From Lingula anatina (lineage: Eukaryota > Animalia > Brachiopoda), in NCBI GenBank assembly GCA_051362555.1, contig JBPQGU010000016.1, forward strand, positions 6,076,001 through 6,140,000: a stretch of DNA of 64,000 nucleotides, in the 5' to 3' direction. The position numbers and the translations under genes are program-made. The notes below the pieces were generated by a model, which was not told where the DNA came from, ran no database searches, and was given only the letters and a program-made list of their open reading frames with translations. Shown in pieces: positions 26,310 through 39,700 of this stretch; positions within the stretch are counted from its first letter, which is position 1, and the number at the start of each line of letters is the position of its first letter.

Positions 26310-27060
26310 GGTAATATCAGGGTACAAAAAGTCATGAAAAATTTAAATTCCTCGTAGGTTTCAAGACCGATGTAAAATTTAACCATTTCAGGTTTGTTTT
26401 GCATAGACTTTATGCTGAAAGTGTGTTTGTCAACTTCCTCATGTGCTTTGGACAGTTATTCCTGCATTTTTATGTACTTTTCCTCTGTCACACTATTTCT
26501 TTAAGCATTTCTTTTTTTGCTCGTTGTAATTCCACTCTTGTTTCTGAAAGTTCAATTTCTAAAGATTGGATTTTCTCTTCCATAGTGAAAATAATGTGCT
26601 GTTTTTCCGTAACTGTCGTAAAAAGCGCAGCTGAGCTAGCATCTGATACAATGCAGTAGGCATCGTGATCTGTATTTGAGAAGCCATTTTCGTCCTCGCT
26701 GTTAAACTTCCCACTCGCCGCCAGGTTCACTTAAATTTGTCTCAGAGTTATCAACAGTTAAATGTCTAATAAATTTTCTTCGGTGCTTACAAACCTTCGA
26801 TTCCTTGAGTGGAAATATAGTTGGTCTACCACCCAAATACGATTTTTTTCCTCCTTCAAAATGAGCACTACACACACACGGAGATGCTTGGCGGGCTCAA
26901 ACTCACTAAATTTGCCTTCATTTCCCGCTCATCTAATATTGTCAATCCATATACCTCTCTCTTTTGGGTCCTTGGGGAAAGCATGAAATGAAAAATTTCG
27001 ATCTCACTTCGTATTGTTGAAACAACCAGGCACACAACACATAGAACCGCCGAGAGGCAT
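26310..27060 (-). pseudogene. THAP-domain transposase N-terminus, disrupted
   Basis: MPLGGSMCCVPGCFNN..FHAFPKD..W..RVCSAHF..PTIF (C2CH THAP), a coiled coil, then VKFYIGLETYEEF. Contains stops. Confidence 0.8.
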
Positions 27061-27486
27061 TTTATTTCTGTGTACAGAAATGGCGGCAATGCAAGATAGG
27101 TCCCACTTTACCCACAATGCATAGCGCTCAATATCGAAAACGAGACGAATAATGCAAGTCGTATATAGGGACAGCAGGGGTATCAACTACAACCAGGGAG
27201 ATAAAGTGCCCATAAATTTAGATTGTTATCAGTGTTTTCTATATCTTCAATACACCTATAATATGTCTGTGGTAGATTAAACTTGTGTTTTTCTCAGCAT
27301 TTTGAGAAATTCCAAGATGGCTATCATTTTCTTTAGAATCCTCTAGTTCTTAATGATTATATTATTTTTGAAAAAAATTGAAAGCTGTGTTTGGTATTGT
27401 TCGCCCTTCTTAAAAATAATAGAAAATGAATAATGAATTCATAAATTAATTAGTATAAAGAGCTGACAAATGTGACAATGTACCAA

Positions 27487-27600
27487 ATCATCATCAGCAA
27501 TTCCTTTTATGCTGTCTGGCATCTTGGGCACCACCAAAGGTCTTCCACTGCTCTTTGTCACAAGCTAGGTGTTGAATGGTTCCCCAGCTTTCTCCCTGTT
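27487..27600 (-). mobile_element. RTE-type LINE 3' end fragment
   Basis: The minus strand reads SWGTIQHLACDKEQWK, resembling the RTE C-terminal A.DR..W motif, followed by (TGA)n. Confidence 0.5.
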
Positions 27601-27636
27601 GTATTAAATAGAGCCCAATAAAGTTGTCATTGTGTA

Positions 27637-27672
<36 letters not shown>

Positions 27673-27687
27673 GAATTTCCTGTTTAG

Positions 27688-27830
27688 GACAGGGAGATAC
27701 GTATCTCCAGAGCCAACGGGACTCGTGTTACATTTCAAGAAGGTGCAGATGGAAGATGCTGGATGTTACACCTGTAAAGGGACAATTAATGGGAGAAATA
27801 TTACCAAATCATTTAACCTGGAAATCAATG
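27688..27830 (+). CDS. NCAM/Fasciclin-II-like gene, exon 3 (Ig1 C-half)
   Basis: tttAG acceptor, phase 2. TGRYVSPEPTGLVLHFKKVQMEDAGCYTCKG..FNLEIN contains DxGxYxC. G|GTAAGT donor, phase 1. Confidence 0.9.
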
Positions 27831-27989
27831 GTAAGTTGATCCACTTCTTTGCTCGGTATGTAAAGAAAAGAAATGTATTCCACACAAAAATATTTGGTTA
27901 GCCAGCAATTTCAAACTTTTTTTTACTGAGAAAGTGGACCATTTTACTAAAGTGTCATAAAAGCAGACCTGTACTTGGTTGAAAGAGTG

Positions 27990-28021
<32 letters not shown>

Positions 28022-30206
28022 CAAAACTTCAAAACTGAAGACCTGTGAACTAGTCAGTATCTCAGAAAAAATGCACAATATCTCCAAGTTCCAACCTCTT
28101 TCTTGAAACTTTGGGCTCATCATTAAAGGTGGCCCAGGATCACTGAAAATTGATCTTGGGCCAGTGAATCAGGGGTTACTGGCCCAAAGGGCAAGTAAAA
28201 CTTAATGCACCAAATAGCCAAATGCATTCAGTTTAAGCATGCATGAAAGTTAACTAATTCCCTAGCATCTTTGATCCTGCTAGTACGACAGGTTCATGGG
28301 AACCCAGTCTCAGAAAATGAATTGTGTCAGCAGCAGAAGTGTATGTTCAGGTGAGTTTTGAGTTTAGGAAAGTTACTGTCAAGCCCTGGAAACAAGTAAA
28401 ACATAATTAAACAAATATAGCTAAAACTTTTATTTCATAATGAGTTAATATCATTTTAAAATCCCACCCTTTCTCAGCAATTTTCCTCCTAGGTGACTTC
28501 AGTACTTTACACGATCAACAATTTAAAAGAACATTTAACCTCAAGCAAATAGTGAATAAAGGAACATGAAAAACGCTATCCTCGATAAATTTTTTACAAA
28601 TTGGCAGCACCTTTACAAGGTCCCTGTCATTCTCCCACCCATAGGCCTCTCTGACCACAACACTGTAGTGACTTTTCCAGTCAACCATGACAAAATTCAA
28701 ATGGAGCAACCCATTTCAATCAAACTGCGACAGGCTGGTAAAAATTATTAAGCCCTCTTTGCTAGTGAACTGATGCAACATGAATGGACACCTCTTCACC
28801 GAATGAATAATTGTGCCGAACAATTCAATCACTTCGCAGAAACTGTTCAGGATGCACTTGACACCTACCTTCCCATGAAAACCATCACAAAACACAGTTC
28901 AGATAAGCCTTGGGTGTCAGCTGAGTTCAAGGAGCTAATCAAAACAAGGGAAAATGCATTCACGCTTGGTGACACACGAACAGCCCACTCTCTATGTACA
29001 AGGTGAACCGGATGAATCGTTCTCTGAAAGTCAGATACTACCAGAAAAAGGTAGAGGCCTTGAAAGATTGTAGCTCAAAGAAATGGCAGATAAAACCTGT
29101 GACATCAACACCCTTACAAGTAGAGTTAACCATTTCTTTATCTCAGTGAGCCAAAACCTTATTCCATTAGTCCTTCCGTCTTCAGACTACAAACCTGAAC
29201 CCATTGCACATTTTTCAATGCACCCAGATGATGTAGAGAAACACCTACTAAACCTCAACACTAGCAAGGCCACTGGCCCAGACAAGCTCCCAAACTGGGT
29301 GTTGAGAGATTTTGCAGGGTTTCGGAAGCTGATATTGTGCCATTTTCAACAGCTCTTTGCGCGAGGGATTTGTCCCTGATGTATGGAAATCAGCAGATGT
29401 TATCCCTCTTCCCAAATCCTCTCTACCAATGTCTATTGAGAATGACTTGTGTCTAATATCACTCACTCCTGTCCTCAGCAAGGTGTTAGAATCATTTATT
29501 GTTAAGTGGATTTGCGAATACAATGATATTGACAGAACACAGTTTGGAGTAGTCAAGGGCAGCTCCACTACACATGCAGTAACTGAACTCATTCACAATT
29601 GGATGCAAGGCCTTGAGCCCTCTCAAAATCAAAAGAAGTATGCCAGAATTCATTTCCTAGACTTTTCAAAGGCATTTGACCTCATTGATCATAACATTGT
29701 ATTAAGAAAACTTTATGACAAGGGTGTACCTGAACTACTTGTCAGGTGGTGCAGTCCTTCCTATCTGACCGTTCCCAGAGAGTAATATATAAAAGCTCAC
29801 TATCTGAATGGCTACACCCACATGGTGGCATACCCCAGGGTACTCTTCTTGGGCCACTGCTTTTTGCAATCATGATTGATGACTTAAAATCCAGATGTCC
29901 AGACTACAAATATGTTGATGATACTACAGTGAATGACATTTGTAATATAAATGGACCGTGCCAAGTGCAAAGTGCAAGTAAAGAAATAGTGATGTGGACA
30001 CAAATAACATTATAAAATTGAATGCCAAGAAAACCAAGAGCATGACCCTAAATTTTACACGTTCTACTCCAGACCTCCCACCAATAGTTATAAATGACAT
30101 CTGTGAGGTTACACAGTTTAAACTTTTGGGCATCAATATAAGCAATGACCTAAAATGGGGTACTCATGTGGATCATACATATAAAAAGGCATGTGCAAGA
30201 CTCTAT

Positions 30207-30431
30207 GGGTGCATTCCCAGAGATTTAGAATGATCCAGAGATTTAGATTTAGATCGATCTATCTCCCTGGGGGTTCACGCTAAATTGCAATCAGCCGAGT
30301 GCGCACCACAGTTAATTACCCCCTTACAGCTTTAAGTAGGCGGGACAGATGCTTAAGCAGGCTAAGCTGACAGTAATCTAGTGAGACTCCCCACAGGGAT
30401 AGATCGATCTAAAATTTATGGGAATGGGGTC
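30207..30431. mobile_element. MITE copy 1 inside the L2
   Basis: GGGTGCATTCCCA...TGGGAATGGGGTC with TSD TAT. Removing it restores ARLYFL. Confidence 0.85.
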
Positions 30432-30572
30432 TATTTCCTCTGTCAACTGAAGCGAGCAAAACTCAGCCCTGCTGACTTAATTCAAGTTTACCAAAGTATT
30501 GTGCGCTCAATTCTAGAATATGCCTGCCCTGTGTGGCATCCAGGACTAACTATAGAGCAATGCAAACTCTTA

Positions 30573-30782
30573 GGGCGCATTCCCATAGATTTTAGATCTA
30601 TCCCCGTGGGGAGTCTCACTAGATTACTGTCAGATAATCCTTCTTAAATGTCCGTCCTGCCTACTTCGAGCTGTAAGGGGGTAATTAACTTTTGAGCCCG
30701 CTCGGCTGACAGCTATTTAGCGTGAACCCCCAGGGAGCTAGGTCAATCTAGTTGGATCGATCTAATATCTGGGAATGGGGTC
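30573..30782. mobile_element. MITE copy 2 inside the L2 (core inverted relative to copy 1)
   Basis: GGGCGCATTCCCA...TGGGAATGGGGTC with TSD TTA. Removing it restores KLLETVQ. Confidence 0.85.
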
Positions 30783-32149
30783 TTAGAGACTGTCCAAAGT
30801 CGTGCTTTGAGAATTATTTTTCCTGACCTACTATTTTTCCTGACCTACACTATAATGAAGCCCAGAACCTGGCAAATATGTGTACTTTAGATAAACAAAG
30901 GGAAGATCTGTGCAAAACTTTCTTTTACAAAATAACTGAACCCTCTGACAAGCTGAATCACATTTAAATTGAGCAATCTAATCGTCTTTTAAGATCAAAC
31001 AATAGATACAAAGTGCCAACATTTAAGACTGATAGATTCCAGTGCTCTTTTATTCCATATGCACTTTTAAATTTCCAGTAGCATAATGTTGTATTTTATC
31101 CTAAGTACAGTAATTTTAAAGTTCAACAGCAGTCTTTTAAATCAGTTTCATTCAAGTAAATATTATTGTACCACCAGCGTAGGCGCTGGCGGTACACATG
31201 GTTTTAGTCCAGACCCGTATGTTCCGCCGGCTCCTGCGGCTCCGCCGCCAAGTCACCATTACCGCTTCTCCTCCTAGACTACTAGGGCCTGCATACCCAT
31301 CTCTTAGATTTAGGTCACCTATAATCTCAACTCGTTCCACGTAAAATTTGGGCTTTGTCGGTATTGGGGTCTAGGTGTGGCACTCATTGCAATGCACCCT
31401 TGTCCAAAAATGGCAAAATTAAATGCTAATTATATACCCTACAGAAGGAATTATGGGAAAATTTTGTACAGACGGCTTTCCAAAAGTCATATGTGTAGAT
31501 TTCAAATATGCCCTTGGATTTGACCTTTGACCTTTATTTCAAGGTCAAACGGGCCAAAATTAAAAAAAAAACTAAATTTTTTATGAAAAAACATTTTTTT
31601 GCGTTATGTTACGTTTTTGTTATGCAGACACTACACAGACTTAACCAATAATATTATTGGAAAGTGTTACCCCTTGGGTCATCTTTCATCTCTGTGAATT
31701 TGGGGTCAATCGGTGCATTTTCACGGGAGTAGCGGCCATAAGATACCGAAACTGAAAACTGTCTCTAATTCAGGAACCGTGAATGCTAGACACCCATTCT
31801 TTTTTGCATTTTGTAGAGCATGTAAAGCCCAACACTGGAAGTGGTCTCCGTTTTTTTGTTCGGTTTTCGAGTTACGCTGTATCAAAAAGTACATATTGGT
31901 GGTGAAAGAAAAATGTGCAGTACGGTAATGGATGATAAATTTTGAACTCCTGAAAAATAAAACATAAGGCTTGGCGAGGCAGACAACCCATGGTCAAAAA
32001 TGACATTATTTCATCAAATTTGAACATCTGGAACTTCAGAGCACCTTCCATTTCAAGAATTTTGACCAAAATGACCTTTTCTTTATTTTAATTAATTTTT
32101 TCTGTACGAAATTTATGGCACATTATTGTAACTCCAAAATTATAACATT

Positions 32150-32872
32150 TAGTCCCTTATATCTCCAAAACTGGCAGAGATAGGTCTATGGTTACTATTG
32201 AACTTGAATAGGAAGTCATATACTGGCAATCTAAATGTGACCTTGAAATTGACCTTTGACCTACTTTTCATCATGAATTGAACTTTGCAAATTTTGGTTC
32301 CCTTTTATCTCCAAAACTGGCAGAGATAGGTCCATAGTTACTATTGAACTTGAATAGGAAGTCATATACTGGCAATCTAAATATGACCTTGAAATTGACC
32401 TTTGACCTACTTTACACCATAGACTGAACTTTGCAAATTTTGTTCCCTTTTATCTCCAAAACTGGCAGAGATAGGTCTATGGTTACTATTGAACTTGAAT
32501 ATGAAGTCATATACTGGCAATCTAAATGTGACCTTGAAATTGACCTTTGACCTACTTTTCATCATGAATTGAAGTTTACAAATTTTGGTTCCCTTTTAAC
32601 TCCAAAACTGGCAGAGATAGGTCCATAGTTACTATTGAACTTGAATAGGAAGTCATATACTGGCAATCTAAATGTGACCTTGAAATTGACCTTTGACCTA
32701 CTTTTCATCATGATATGAAGTTTACAAATTTTGGTTCCCTTTTATCTTCAAAACCGGCAGAGATAGGTCCATAGTTACTATTAAACTTGAATAGGAAGTC
32801 ATATACTGGCAATCTGAATGTGACCTTGAAATTGACCTTTGACCTACTTTACACCATAAACTGAACTTCGCA
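32150..32872 (+). repeat. ~146-bp tandem array (about 5 units) internal to HINE-C
   Basis: ATCTCCAAAACTGGCAGAGATAGG recurs at 32161, 32307, 32452, ~32598 and ~32744. It resumes at 34830-35075; related units lie at ~960-1190. Confidence 0.9.
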
Positions 32873-32875
32873 ACT

Positions 32876-34820
32876 TTTTATGTACAGACACAGATGTGTC
32901 TGTACATATTGCCATCACCTGCGTCTGTCGTCGCCGTCGCCGTCGCCGTCGCCGATCATGTCGCCGTCGCCGTGCACTTTCAGCGTTAACACCATAAGTG
33001 GAAGACAGTTTTACTTTTTGGCTTTATATTTACAGAGCTGACTAATATTCATAAAACGCAGGTCAAGTTCGAAAATCAGCATGATCGGGCCATTATTGTA
33101 GAATTTATGCTGTTTTTTCACTTTTTAGCATATATGCAACACTGTTAACACATTTCAAGGAAAACCGATAGGCCTGTTGTCATGAAACTCACAGGAGTAA
33201 TCAGTCTTACTAAAACGCAGATCAAGTTCGAAAATCGGCATGATCGGGCCACTATTTTAGTATTTATGCTGTTTTTTCACTTTTCAGCATATATGCAACA
33301 CTGTTAACACATTTCAAGGAAAACCGATAGACCTGTTGTCATGAAACTCACAGGAGTAATCAATCTTACTAAAACGCAGGTCAAGTTCAAAAATCGGCAT
33401 GATCGGGCCACTATTTTACTAGTTATGCTGTTTCTTACACTTTTCAGCATATATGCAACACTGTAAACACAATATAAGAAAAACAGATGGGCCAATTGTC
33501 ATGAAAGTCACAGGAGTGGTCAATTTTACTAAAATGCAGGTTGAGTTCGTAAATCAGCATAATCGGGCCATTATTTTTGAAGGTATGCTGTTTTTTCACA
33601 TTTCCTCAGATTCAGTTTTTAGGCATGTTAACAGTCTCATTATTAAACTAATAAGATACGTAAAAGTGTTTGTTTGACATTTCCTGCATCTTTAAACATT
33701 GTTAGTTGATTTTGTAAAAATGATGGTAAACATGTTATCGTGTATTGTGTAATAAAGTTTCAAAAATGGAAATAAACTCATATCATTGCAGTTTGTCAGA
33801 TTCAATCATTCACTATGTTCAGAATCTCAGAATGGAAGAAATTGGACATTTAACACTGCTCTATTGATATTTTTCTCATCTCATCAATTTTCTTAGTTGA
33901 TCATATAAAAATGGCAGTAAACTGTTAATTTTATTTTATGTTAAAAATTGTTAAAAATGGGGAAAAAAACATTTCAGAACAGTGCTGTCTTGTTTACATT
34001 TTGTCATTTTCAAGTTGTGACTTTGAAGTTCCATGGGCCTGATGACCTTTGCTAGTCACATTTTCTGAATATCCATGATACTAATATTTTATTATTAAAA
34101 ATTGATGGTCATTATGCTGTTAAACATTATGTAATATTGCATCAAAATTTGAAAAAACCTATTTTGGGCACTGCTCCCATGATTACCTTTTAAGAAAAAC
34201 CATGTCACTTACTGTGCTTACAGGAAAGAAACATGGGACTAAAATACAGCTTCAGTAGGCAATGCAATCTGCCAGTTAAACAGTTTTTTTGTGAAAATTT
34301 AATTTTTCACATATTGGCATTTTCAAGGTGTGACTTTGAAGTTCCACAGGCTTGAAGACCCAGGCTAGTCACATTTTCTGAAAATCCATGATACATATAT
34401 TTTGTTATTAAAAATTGATTGTCATTATGCTGTTAACCATTATGTAATATTGCATCAGAATAGAAGAAAACACAATTTTGGGTGCTGCTGCCATTATGGG
34501 AAAACCATGTTACTAATGATTGCCAAACTTTCAAAAAAGAAATACAGGACTAAAATGCAGCCTGAGTTGGAAAAGCAGTCTAATTGACTTCTTTTTCTGG
34601 AAGTTTTACATTTTCAAAGTGTGAACTTGAACTCCCATGGGCCTGAAGCCTTATACTTGTTTCACATTTTACTTACATTGGTATTACCTGTTGAGCATAA
34701 TTAAAATTTGATGTTGAATTTGCAGTTTAACATAATGTACTTTTGCATCAGAATTGACAGTAGCCTATTATGTTATTTCCTGCTTTTTGTCTGTACATTT
34801 GACAGCTTTGCTGCCTTGTT
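32876..34820 (+). mobile_element. HINE-A, uninterrupted copy with both ends
   Basis: Both termini, (CGTCGC)n and 159-bp core repeats at 33061, 33220 and 33379. Confidence 0.8.
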
Positions 34821-35075
34821 AATGCTTTTATTTTCAAAACTGGCAGAGATACACCCATAGTTACTATTGAATTTGAATGGAAAGTCATACGAGGCAATCT
34901 AAGTGTGACCTTGAAATTTACGTTTGACCTACTTTTATCATGAATTGAAGTTTACAAATTTTGGTTCCCTTTTATCTCCAAAACTGGCAGAGATAGGTCC
35001 ATAGTTGCTATTGAACTTGAATAGGAAGTCATATACTGGAAATTTACTGTGACCTTGAAATTGACCTTTGACCTA

Positions 35076-38000
35076 CTGGTTGTGCCTATAATTCGCGCGA
35101 CAATCCGTACGCGTATACTCCATGTACGTATTTACTCTGTACTCACGCCCCCTGAGAGACAATGGGTTGTTTTGATAAACGACAAAAGCCTGTGCGGGTA
35201 GCAAACAATATAGGGACTCATACAGGGCCTAAGTGCACAGGGGGAGGAGCGCATATGTCAATTATTGTACGGGCGACCCTTGGAGACAGGAGTTCGTCCT
35301 TGCCAAGCGCGACGGGAAGTAAATTGATGCGCGCTATAATCCGACTTAATTAACAGCTTTCAACTTGGCAGTATTGCACCTTGCTCTAGGTTGAATGTCG
35401 ACCTGCCGTCTCGTTGTTTTGTTTGCTTCTTACAATCAGGGGAATGGGCCTGTGCTATTTAATACATTTGAAGGATTTTTTTTTTGTAGTTTTGGTGAAT
35501 TTCTCGAGTGATCAGTCTGGGGCCCATACCAATTAACTCTTCCGATCTTGGCAGTAGTCTCCCTAATTTTGGACGTATCTACCGATCTCCCTTTTGTCTC
35601 AATACATCACACTTTTCTCTTTGTCCTTACGTTTAGAAACTTCTCAGGTTAAGTGATAGGGGTATAGATAGCACTAAACAATAAAAAGAAAATACCAACG
35701 ACAAAGCCGTGCCAGGTCTTCATGTGAGTAACATCCAAAACACTGTACATGTATGTTGTTTTCGTGGAGACGAAGCTGGTTTCGAAAGGAACCTAAATAG
35801 CGAAAATTAAAACCACAGCTGGGTAAGCTACCTGGACATCGTAATAAGTGATAGATACAATACAAGTCGCCGAGCCGAACTTGAAATATAACGAGCATAT
35901 TGTCGAGCCACAGGTTGAGTAACTTTCGGGTACAGCTCGGTGGCGAGTGTTGTATCTAGCTTAAACCACAGCCTCTCATCGGTTATTCCAATGTCCTCGC
36001 GATATATTACTGAATGCCAGCTGAGCGGTGGAAAATTAATTACATGCAAAAATTCTTGTTGGGCATTAGAAAAAATTATCAAAAATGACTTACGAGTGTG
36101 TCAATTTGCCTAACGGCAAGGGCTTAAGTGTTTGTGCAAGATCGGTCACATAACTGCATTCGCTTACTGCAACTCCTTGAATTATGAAATAGATTAATTA
36201 AAAGAAGATCTTTAACTGATACGTGTGCAAATGCTGTGGAGGAGAGTTCGCCCAAACAAATCATTAAGGGTAAATGGCATTTGATTAGCCTTTGTCGTGA
36301 ACACAATAACATCATGTATGAAGTAAGTCCAAATTAACATAGTTTTAATTTTTTTCAATTTACTTCATGTATTATAACAAGAATAATTATCAATGTTGTT
36401 TTCATGTGTACATGTACGTCCTAGGGATGGATGGTGGAAGTAAAAAGACTGTCATACTTTTTTTGATATCCCGCTTGTCAGCGGTGGAAATTACAATACA
36501 ACGCTTTGTTTGCTGGTTAATGATCGCATTAAGGGGTGGCCGATTTCGCACCTTTTACATTTCATTCAATGGCAGTTACAACTGGTAGTCGCCCCTTTGT
36601 TTCGTTGTCCAGTGTTACCTAATGACTGGGTTGTAAGTGACCTTGATATTAAAAACTATTCCATTCTTTGACTAGGTCTACTAGTATACATCCCAAGAGC
36701 GTTCTCAGGCAGCAATTGTTAATCATTAAACAATAGCAATAAAGCATCGGTTTCGGCAAATTTCAATCTTTGGGGCCATCAACAGTGCCTAAATATTCAA
36801 GAGACACCAGTAAACTAAAGTACTTTTTCGTTGGCAGTGTCAGGGTGAACAAGAAGTTATAACTTCTTGGGGTGAATCAAAATTTTCTCAATTAGGTGCT
36901 GGTAGGCTAATGAACGACTAGGAAATAATCGTTTATTGCATAGAGAATTTAATCCTGTGCAACCTTCTACAAAATGAATATTTTACACTACTGCATGGGT
37001 CGTTATTCATAAAGAATGTTTTAATGTTTTATAAGGTTTTTGACAGATAAATAATTTCACCAAAGAATCTGCTCTCCGTTATTTGTTTTATTTAGATTTG
37101 ATTCATTTTATTTAAGAGAAGTCAACAGATAAAAGTGCAGCGAAAAGAAATAGAGGAAAGAGGAAACTATCAAGAAAAAGTGATGGGAATCCTTAATATT
37201 AAAAACATTTACGGGAAATAAGATTGATGTCCTTATCTCCCCTCTTTTTCTACCAAGCCCGCTTGCTCAAACGATTCATTCTTACTTCGGGGAAAACAAA
37301 TGATAAAATGCAGTAAATGTAGAAAAGAAGGACACGAACAAGGGAAGAGGGACGGGAGTCTTTAACATCAAAATATTTACGGGAAAAAAGTATGTGAGAG
37401 TGATCTTTATCTTCCGTCTTTCTCTGCCAGGTCGTCTTCTCCAATGCAGGTGCTCTCCGCTAGTTTAAAAAATATCTTTCTGCATAGACAGCTTGACGAT
37501 TGGTGATCGAATAATTTCCAGATAAAATATTTAAATACTGTGGCAAGAAAAGGAGACCCCCCCCCCCGACACCAAAACGCATATATTTACAGACCTAGGC
37601 AACTTTCTACGCGCCCTTCTTATCCAATTAGACTAAATCAACATCTGTGATAATTTATCAAATCGCATTATTAATAAAGATTTTTTGTGCGCTAGATAAG
37701 ACCCTACAAAGGAGGCAGCCTTTTGTAGACCTTAGATGTATTTTCCATGTGGCCTTCTGGTTTCGGACCTTAAGTCCTCTCTGTGTCTGTCTGTAAGACA
37801 AGAAAAGTTAATGCGCACATTTCTTAAGAATCACATTTGAAAGAAAATGCTGTCAAACGCATATTATTTACACTCGTAAATACTGTACAGAATCATCTCT
37901 CAAAAATATGCTTACAGAAGAGCATTTTAAATTTTTATTCTCAAAATTTACGTTTTTTTTAATAAGTAACATTTTATCTAATTAATACTGTCCATATATT

Positions 38001-39366
38001 TAAATTCAAAACTAATGAAAGTGAATTATATTGTGTAGAATATTTACAAATTCCATTCATGTGTTCAAAGTCTAAAACAGAAAGGTTAAGCAAACAAAAC
38101 ATGATCGATGCAAACTTTTTGAAATATATATTTCGCATGCTGAAATAGGATTTTAACAGTATAACGCTGGAACTATAATTGGCTTTTCATGCATGTTAGA
38201 TTTTCAATTTCAAACTTGTTATTTTATTAAAGAAAATTAAAAAACTAGTTGTTGATCAATTTAAAAAGACAGAACTACATTACCAGCCAATAGGCACAAT
38301 CTAAGGATCGACCTGAAAAAAAATTAACACAGACCCATTTATAGATAACGAGCTGCTTTCTCTCAACTTAATTACATTATTTATTCATTTCATTATTCAT
38401 TTGAAAAGAGCATCTTGCTTGTACAAAGAAGCAATGAATTAGAATGTTGTTATTACTGCAATTTTACAAAATTAGCCTATATTTCTACGATGAACCACTC
38501 CAGGACATAAATAGATCCCACTTATAAATAACTCAGTGCACAGCAGCTTGAGCGCTTTGTGGGGTATCAGCCTCCGACAAGCAAAGTTTAAATTTTTATG
38601 AATGTATTTTTTAATGATATCGTTTTTCAAAAAGGTATCACTTTCACTTCTCCGCGCGCACAGAGTCCTTTTTCGCATGGCTGTCGACCTGCCTCCCTCT
38701 ACATATAAAATTCAAGATGGCGCACGTGCAGTGACAGGCCCGTATGGCTTGACAGAATAAGTTAACCGAATAATACGCGAAAAACTTTCAAATGAGATCA
38801 GCATATAATGTCACGGTAAAAGACGTTAAAGAAGCGAATATACAGATAATCTTCACAACGTCTGAAGTAGTTTATTTCATTTTTGCTCATTACCTCAGAC
38901 GGCACGCTCTGTGTTTTGTGACCGATACTGCATTACGTCATTTTCAAATTAACGTTGGCCGTTATGGGGGAAAATTGTGGATAGCAGGACAAAAACTCAC
39001 AAGTAGAATAAATATTAAATCTTTCAAACAAAACTTTGCAAAGTGAAGAAAAACCCGTTAGCAAGGCAGGAGATAGGCCCTGTGTCAGCCTAGAGAAGGG
39101 AACAGTACCGGCAGATAAGCAACTATGTAATTACGTCGGCTTACAGCAAGCGGCAATTAACTCCCCGTCGAGCATAAACAGGGTGACAAGCCGCCACCAA
39201 TGGACAAGCGGGGGTTGATTTGCATATTAGCGAACATAGGGCGGGCTTGACGTCTTCTCATTTTCATTGCCATTGTGTTTTGCCCTATAATTATCTCGTC
39301 ACCATGTACCCGTACAGACGTCAGCAAATGATCAATTAGTTGTCGCGTGAATTATAGGCATGACAG
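35076..39366. mobile_element. 4.3-kb non-autonomous TA-flanked TIR element (Tc1/mariner/pogo-like)
   Basis: Imperfect TIR CTG..TGCCTATAATTCRCGCGACAA with TA TSD. It interrupts a 146-bp unit. Confidence 0.7.
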
Positions 39367-39653
39367 TACCTTACTATGAACTGAACTTTGATTGTACCAT
39401 TTTTAGTTATATATTTTTTTGCATATTTTGAGAATTCTTGTTGATTGCATTTTTTACAGCTTGTCAAGCACAAGACTGGTGGTGGTGTCCCTTTTTTGTG
39501 TGTGTGGGGGTCTATACGATCGCGCTTACCCCAGCTGGTGGTACAGTATTCGGAGGCGGTATAGTCTCTCTGATCCTCTAGTTTTATTTTCATTATAATG
39601 TTCTTATGTACTACTATGAACAACTTCAACCCACTTAGTTGCAATCTTAATAA

Positions 39654-39687
<34 letters not shown>

Positions 39688-39700
39688 TATCTTTATTCAG

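Larger units (their letters stand above)
25079..27167. mobile_element. Internally deleted ISL2EU-like DNA transposon
   Basis: 22-bp perfect inverted repeat TATATACGACTTGCATTATTCG (may include the TSD), enclosing convergent SAP and THAP gene remnants. Confidence 0.8.
28460..31085 (+). mobile_element. Decayed L2-clade LINE ORF2
   Basis: Frameshifted pieces: LGDF, GLSDHN, KATGPD, DFSKAFD, GIPQGT, YVDDT, RSILEYACPVWHPGL, TDRFQCSFIP. Confidence 0.88.
31164..39582 (+). mobile_element. HINE family C, full-length with nested insertions
   Basis: 5' TGTACCACCAGC..GCTGGCGGTACA hairpin. 3' subTIR GCTGGTGGTACA + hairpin + CTCTAGT. Confidence 0.75.

Noticed and set aside
32150-33560. Regular 146-bp and 159-bp arrays resembling a CRISPR array
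   Set aside because: Whole units repeat with no unique spacers and no cas genes are present. They are internal satellites of HINE elements in eukaryotic DNA.
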